Shown here piece by piece: positions 58,843 through 64,000 of a DNA stretch of 64,000 nucleotides (within the stretch, counting starts at the first letter, position 1; the number at the start of each line of letters is the position of its first letter). Position numbers and translations under genes: made by a program. The stretch covers positions 5,920,788-5,984,787 of the forward strand of contig CAJINV010000001.1 in NCBI GenBank assembly GCA_905178155.1, read 5' to 3'. The notes beneath the pieces were generated by a model. The model had not been told where the DNA came from. It ran no database searches and saw nothing but the letters and a program-made list of their open reading frames with translations. The DNA is from Amoebophrya sp. A120. Its lineage: Eukaryota; Protista; Dinoflagellata.

Positions 58843-61321
58843 TGTGAAGGCAAAACCAAGAGTAGACGCAGCGGCGCAGCGGGAGGTGATGAAAACGAAA
58901 ACCAGGAAGCGGCCGAAAAACCCTCTACGACTGAAAATCAAACGGAACAATGGAAGGCTGCAAGGAGGCGGAAACTAAGTTTTTCATGATCACTATTACG
59001 TTTTTTCACTTTCATCCCAGTTTGTTTCCTCAAGAAGAATAAAGAACTACTTTATTGTTATTTGCGCTTTACATCTACTCGATACACTGCGATTGCGAGG
59101 TCTATGCAGTAGCCACCACTCTTACTCTTTACTTTTTCCTTGATATTTTTTTCCCGGATTCTAACTGTATATCTATTGTGCACACCCACACGAGGGTAAG
59201 GGTTTCCGTTTCCGTACCCAACGGCATTTTTGCGCGACGCACCAGCAACTCTGAGTTGGTTTCCAGACCACTTGAAGATCGCGAGTTTTTGTTTTTAAAA
59301 CTTTGTTTTGCTAGCGCTTGTAGAAGTTTTACTAGTGCAGCGGCTTTTCCAAATGAGGGCGATGAATTCCAACGTGCAGCTCGAACTTCGAACCTTTTAT
59401 TTAAACTCTTGCGCAGCAGCTGCAGCCGAGCACCGAAAAGAACGTTTGTACACAGGAGCCGACCAACTACAGCAAGAACATTCAAACTTCATTGATGACA
59501 CATTTCATACGGATTGTGTCCGTGCGGGTGTGCGCGGGAACTTCTTAAGTATTTTTTTTTTCAGTTTTTGTTGTGTATTTCTTCAATTTCTATTTCGATC
59601 TTTTGCATACGAGTAACGATAAGATAACGAAAACCAAAGTAACGAATTTTTGTTCTCCCCCCAATTACTTCTACTTATGAGCTCTACAAATTAAGTATAT
59701 GTAAAAGCATGTAAAAAATGACGCCGAACTCGGATCGATGCTTCTGAACGGATGGGAAAATAGTACGCCCTGCATTGCCCCTACCACTTCTGAGATGGCC
59801 TGCGCGATTTCTCCAGCAATTCTTGTTGGAGTTGTTGTGCAGCATCCAGCGAAAGTTTGTAAAAAGAAAAGCCAACACCAACGTAGGTAGCGGGTTCAAT
59901 TATACGGTAATTAGTACAAGGAAAACAGGAACCAAAGAAACATGAGTACTTGTGACGAAAAAGTACATGAACACTACCCTCGCTGCGACTATTGTGAACA
60001 AGAAGATCGACGGAGTTTTTATTTCCACTACGGCGAATTTTGTCAACCAGATACAGAATTTTGTTTGCGCGCACGGATAAAGTAAATTAACTGTCATCGT
60101 GAAAAACACATGCGAGCCGTTTTCTTGGTTTGTGTTCTGGCCTTCCTGTTTGAAGATCCGATGTGGTGCAGACTCTGGCTCTCGATGCACGCAAACCGGA
60201 TCGGGATCCGCCTCCAAGGTATTGGATCCGAAGATTGTGGTCGAGCTCCGTGAAAACTCGAACTCGTGGCACTCCATTTCCGCAAGGTCAAGCAACGGCA
60301 CAGCATTTGGTCTTCGAGGCGATGATCTTCTTTGCATCTATCAATCTGAACGAAATATCGAAAAGCACGAAAGTTGTGGTCAACTCGATCGGTTCTCATT
60401 ATAAAGGCAGGAGGACGATCACGATGAATGATTCGGTCCTAATTTATATCTAACGTCGGTTACTAGAGGTAGAGGTGCAGAGTGATCTTTTTTGTTGTGG
60501 TCCGATCGATGGCAAAGCATAAGTAAACTACGAGAGCAAGATGTTTTTTCTGTAGCCATAGCTGGAAGGAGGCAGGTGCTCGGTGTCCAAAGCATCAAGT
60601 TCGAAAGGACGACGAGGTATGTTGTTAATTGTACGAGGAATCACATGAAATGTAAGCTTCAAGGGATCCGCCGCCGCCCCAGCAGCACACGTCACGTCCG
60701 GTTACAGAAGCCAAGCGCTTTCTAGTCTGATTCCCCTCCAAAACCAGGACCCCTTCAAAGAAAATGCTCGTTGTTTAAGTAAGTACTAGTTTACGTTTAT
60801 GAAGTAGATTTTCCCCATCTTTATCTTTTAAACAAGTGAAGCGTCCGCTCGCCACCCAGTATCTTTATGCGTTGACGCTCTTTGCTGGTTGATTTGAATT
60901 TCGACTTTTGGACACGTTTTTCTTGCAGGTGGCTATTTCGACTTCATTACCAGATAAAAAACGAAATGGCGACAGCAGAACCTCGTACGTTGAACAGCGA
61001 ACGTCCAGCAGGAAAACCACGTCGGAGAAGAAGATTATCTCCTCCGTAGTGTACAACCCAGGGCCAGGACGGTGGAGTGGTTGTAGCAACAGTGGAATAT
61101 AATTATCCGCGCCTACTTTATTTTACTGGATTTTCGTTTTTGAAACCGAAAGTCACGAGCAGTGCGGTTACCTTCAAAAGACTGTAAAAACCGCAAAGAA
61201 CAGAACCGTAAACGCTGGCAGAAAACCGCAAACAGGAAGGTAAACGCTCAACACGCGGGACTTGATCTCCGATTTGATGCAGCTACAACCAGTGGAGATC
61301 ATCAACACGACGAAGGACAAC

Positions 61322-62167
61322 ATGAAGCCGAAAGTGCGGTCGTTCCTGAGCCCTCTGGTGGTCGTCGTCCTGGGCTCGAGCCTTTTATTCCTCGCGACCG
61401 ACGCAACCCTGAACTTGGACCCCCACGCAGTGTCAAAGCAGATCCAGGATCAAAGGGACCGTGTGTTTGTGGACGTAAAGTTTGTCGAAGCGTTGCCATA
61501 CTACCGCGGCATGGTACAATTTATAGAAATAGTGCTGGTCAACTTATATTTGTGCTGCTGCGTAGGTGCTTTTATTTCTTCTAAAGTCATTCTGTGGTTT
61601 TGCTGGTCTACAGACTAACTGGAGTATAATTGTCTCCATTTGGAATGCTATAGATACTAGTCCTTGTGCTGGAAAATAAGTCGAAAAATAGCTCCACTAA
61701 CCAATTAAAAACAGAAACTCCTGCCCAGTGGCGAGTTGCGGCGCGAGGTACAGCGGACGGATCAGAAGATTTGCTCGAGCGTGGACGGACCGCAGTGTTT
61801 CCAGGACCAAATGCTCGGCGTGATTCCCCCCTCCTTGGTGCGCAACGTGGAGCGGCCGGGCGGCCGCACGGCGGGCGACGAACAGCAACAGCACGTGAGC
61901 GACGTGGACCTGAACACCCTGCACCAGATTACCAGTCTGACGGGTGCGGAAAAGCTGCCGATCGGCACGCGGGAGGCCTACCCGCCCTCGCTGCCCCCTG
62001 CAACAACTTCTTCTAGAAGTAGCGCAGGAGCGGTGGACAACAACATGAACGCTCTTGATCAACATGTGGGAGCTGCAGACCAAGACCAAGTCGATCAAGA
62101 TTATGCGTCAACATCTTCCTCGACATCGTCATCAGTTTCCAGCAGCAAATACGGGCTAGTTTCCGCA
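61322..62167 (+). CDS. Hypothetical signal/anchor-bearing protein, 3' part disrupted
   Basis: MKPKVRSFLSPLVVVVLGSSLLFLATDA; ORF 61736 runs into the family D introner at 62168. The exon junction between them is uncertain. Confidence 0.4.
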
Positions 62168-62428
62168 TATGGAAGTGTCAGAATCGAAATTGACAAAATC
62201 GAAAAATTTGTGATGCACAAAATCGATACCAGTTGCAGCCTCAGTTTTCAAGTTGCGCATGACAAATTTCGGGAGCACCAACATCCAGTTTGTCATGCTG
62301 TTTGGGCAAAGAAGACTGTTCCTGTCGTGCTACTCTGGCAGCACATTGCATACCCCAAAACAGGCTTCCAATCGGTCTCATTTGCCTGCTCCCCAATACA
62401 GGCCTTCAGTGCCTTACATTTCATGCAT
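62168..62428. mobile_element. Introner family D, truncated or interrupted (45-bp right arm missing); left DR CCGCA
   Basis: Colinear with 12343 and 43988 up to ...TTTCATGCAT (62428), then unrelated sequence. Confidence 0.88.
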
Positions 62429-62440
62429 TTTTGGCTCAAG
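62429..62440 (+). other. Relic of the dinoflagellate spliced leader (3' 12 nt, TTTTGGCTCAAG)
   Basis: Exact match to the 3' end of DinoSL DCCGTAGCCATTTTGGCTCAAG, located precisely at the introner breakpoint. Confidence 0.7.
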
Positions 62441-64000
62441 ACTTCTGTCTTGTGGCCCTTCTCCCACATTAGAGACGGGGCCGCACCCCCGTGAGATCAA
62501 CTCGTCCGGACTCATCGTGGAGATCAACCCCCGTGAGATCCAAGATCCGTAGAGGCACTCTTTAACAGGCATCAGGTGCGGCTGATGAACCTTTCGACCC
62601 ATTCGTAGAAACTTCCTAGTAAATCAAATCGAATCAAAATTAATAATGAGGACACATTTGCCCTCCACCTGAAGCGCGTACGTGCGCAAAATGCTTCGGT
62701 GGCCCCAGCGGGCGTCTCGCCCGGTTCTTCTTCTTGCCACCAGCGGAGGCGAGCAGGTTGACTTGCGTGAGCTTTCCCCCTCTCGGAGTGACGTGCGCGA
62801 ACTTTTCCTCTCGGAGTAAATGCGGGCTTACCTAGCACGAGCTTTTCCTCTCGGAGTAACTTGCGCGACTTCTTCATCTCGGAGTACGGGTCGGCTCTGC
62901 GCGAGCTCCTTCTCCGGTTCACGAGGATGCCGCGCACACTAGCGGAGCGCCCTGCTGCTTGGGAGATCAGGGACTCTTACCATTCTTTGCTTCCTGTTTT
63001 TCATGCATCAAAGTTAAATTTTCAAAATTCATATTTTCATTTGCGTGTTGTCTCTGAACCTGCTTGCTTCGTTTGGTAAAGATTTTCTTTCCTCGCTGTT
63101 CTGGTTGTGGATAGCGGTGTCCGCAGCATATTCTGCGATCTCCTCTCATTCTAAGTGCCCGATACTCAAATACTGATCTCAGGCTCATCATCATACTCGG
63201 ACCGTCGGCGCTGCCTCCGGCCTCGTTTTACGTTTGTGACGCCTTTGCCTGCAGCGGGTGCTTCGTGTTGCAGCGGCTTGTCGGTGTGACCAAATTGGGC
63301 CTGGACTCAGCTTCTCCTGCTTACGGTGTGGTGGTTCCTCGAGATCTGTGCGACAACTGCCGGCCGCAGGATGACCAAGGGGCTTCGCCGGTCGTGGCCA
63401 CCAACTCCATCTCGCAGACGGCTGGAATCTTTCGCTATGTTATTCCTTTATATCAAGGCTGAGTCAGGGCCCCAGGAGCCCTGGTCCGATCGCCCCCAAA
63501 TGTGCGCGGCGCGGCCTCCCACAAGCGAGAGGTCAGCCTTGACATAAAGACGCCCGCCATGTGGTGCGTTCTTCTATACCTGTGCTCCAAGCCTTCGCGG
63601 GTGTTCGTCGGTCGTCGTGCGGTGTCGATCTGTTGCAGGGAGGCGGTTTCCGGACTAGCGGGCGCGAGTGTTCGGTGGTCTGGTCATGGATCGCCAGTTT
63701 CCCCTCCAGCAAGACCGTTCTCGCCTCCTTCTCAGTGAGGTCGTGGATAGGGTTTGGTGGGTGACTCCCGTTGCGTGATGATCCTGCCATTTCTGATTCC
63801 ACGTCCCCGGCACACTCGGGTAGTAGGTCGGGTTGGTGGTTTTCCATCGTCGTTCGCTTGGACCCTGGGGCTTCCTTTAAGGCGTTCGGCAGGTCTTGCG
63901 GCCTCGCGCTTCAAGGTGTGTTGCCCTGAGATCGGGTGGTCTTCGGACTGCTGCGGATCTTCACCTTGCTGCCCGTTGTGCTTCTTGACTGGTGGTTTTC

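Noticed and set aside
62572-64000. Possible transposase or reverse transcriptase in the terminal 1.5 kb
   Set aside because: Only short ORFs in all six frames, with no DDE, YxDD or tyrosine-recombinase motif visible within the window.

Overview
Eukaryotic, intron-containing genomic DNA, most likely from a dinoflagellate or syndinian such as Amoebophrya. This is inferred from an alveolate-type guanylyl cyclase, all genes lying on the + strand, a dinoflagellate spliced-leader fragment, and non-canonical inverted-repeat introns. About 15 genes are visible, including a Mei2-like RRM protein, a guanylyl cyclase, a secreted TSP1/vWA adhesin, a secreted coiled-coil protein, RER1, a nucleolin-like protein, a GAS2-domain protein and an EF-hand pseudokinase. 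The dominant feature is a set of 20 short MITE-like introner elements (19 complete, 151-325 bp) in about 9 sequence families. All start TAT and end ATA, carry long imperfect terminal inverted repeats and a 5-bp direct repeat, and lie in apparent coding exons. Removing the element plus one direct-repeat copy restores the reading frame, yet no register gives GT-AG ends. Six families occur in both orientations in same-strand genes, all families share a TGTNATGC motif, and insertions cluster 42-67 bp apart. The last element is cut off exactly where a spliced-leader fragment (TTTTGGCTCAAG) begins. All analysis was by eye, with no database searches.
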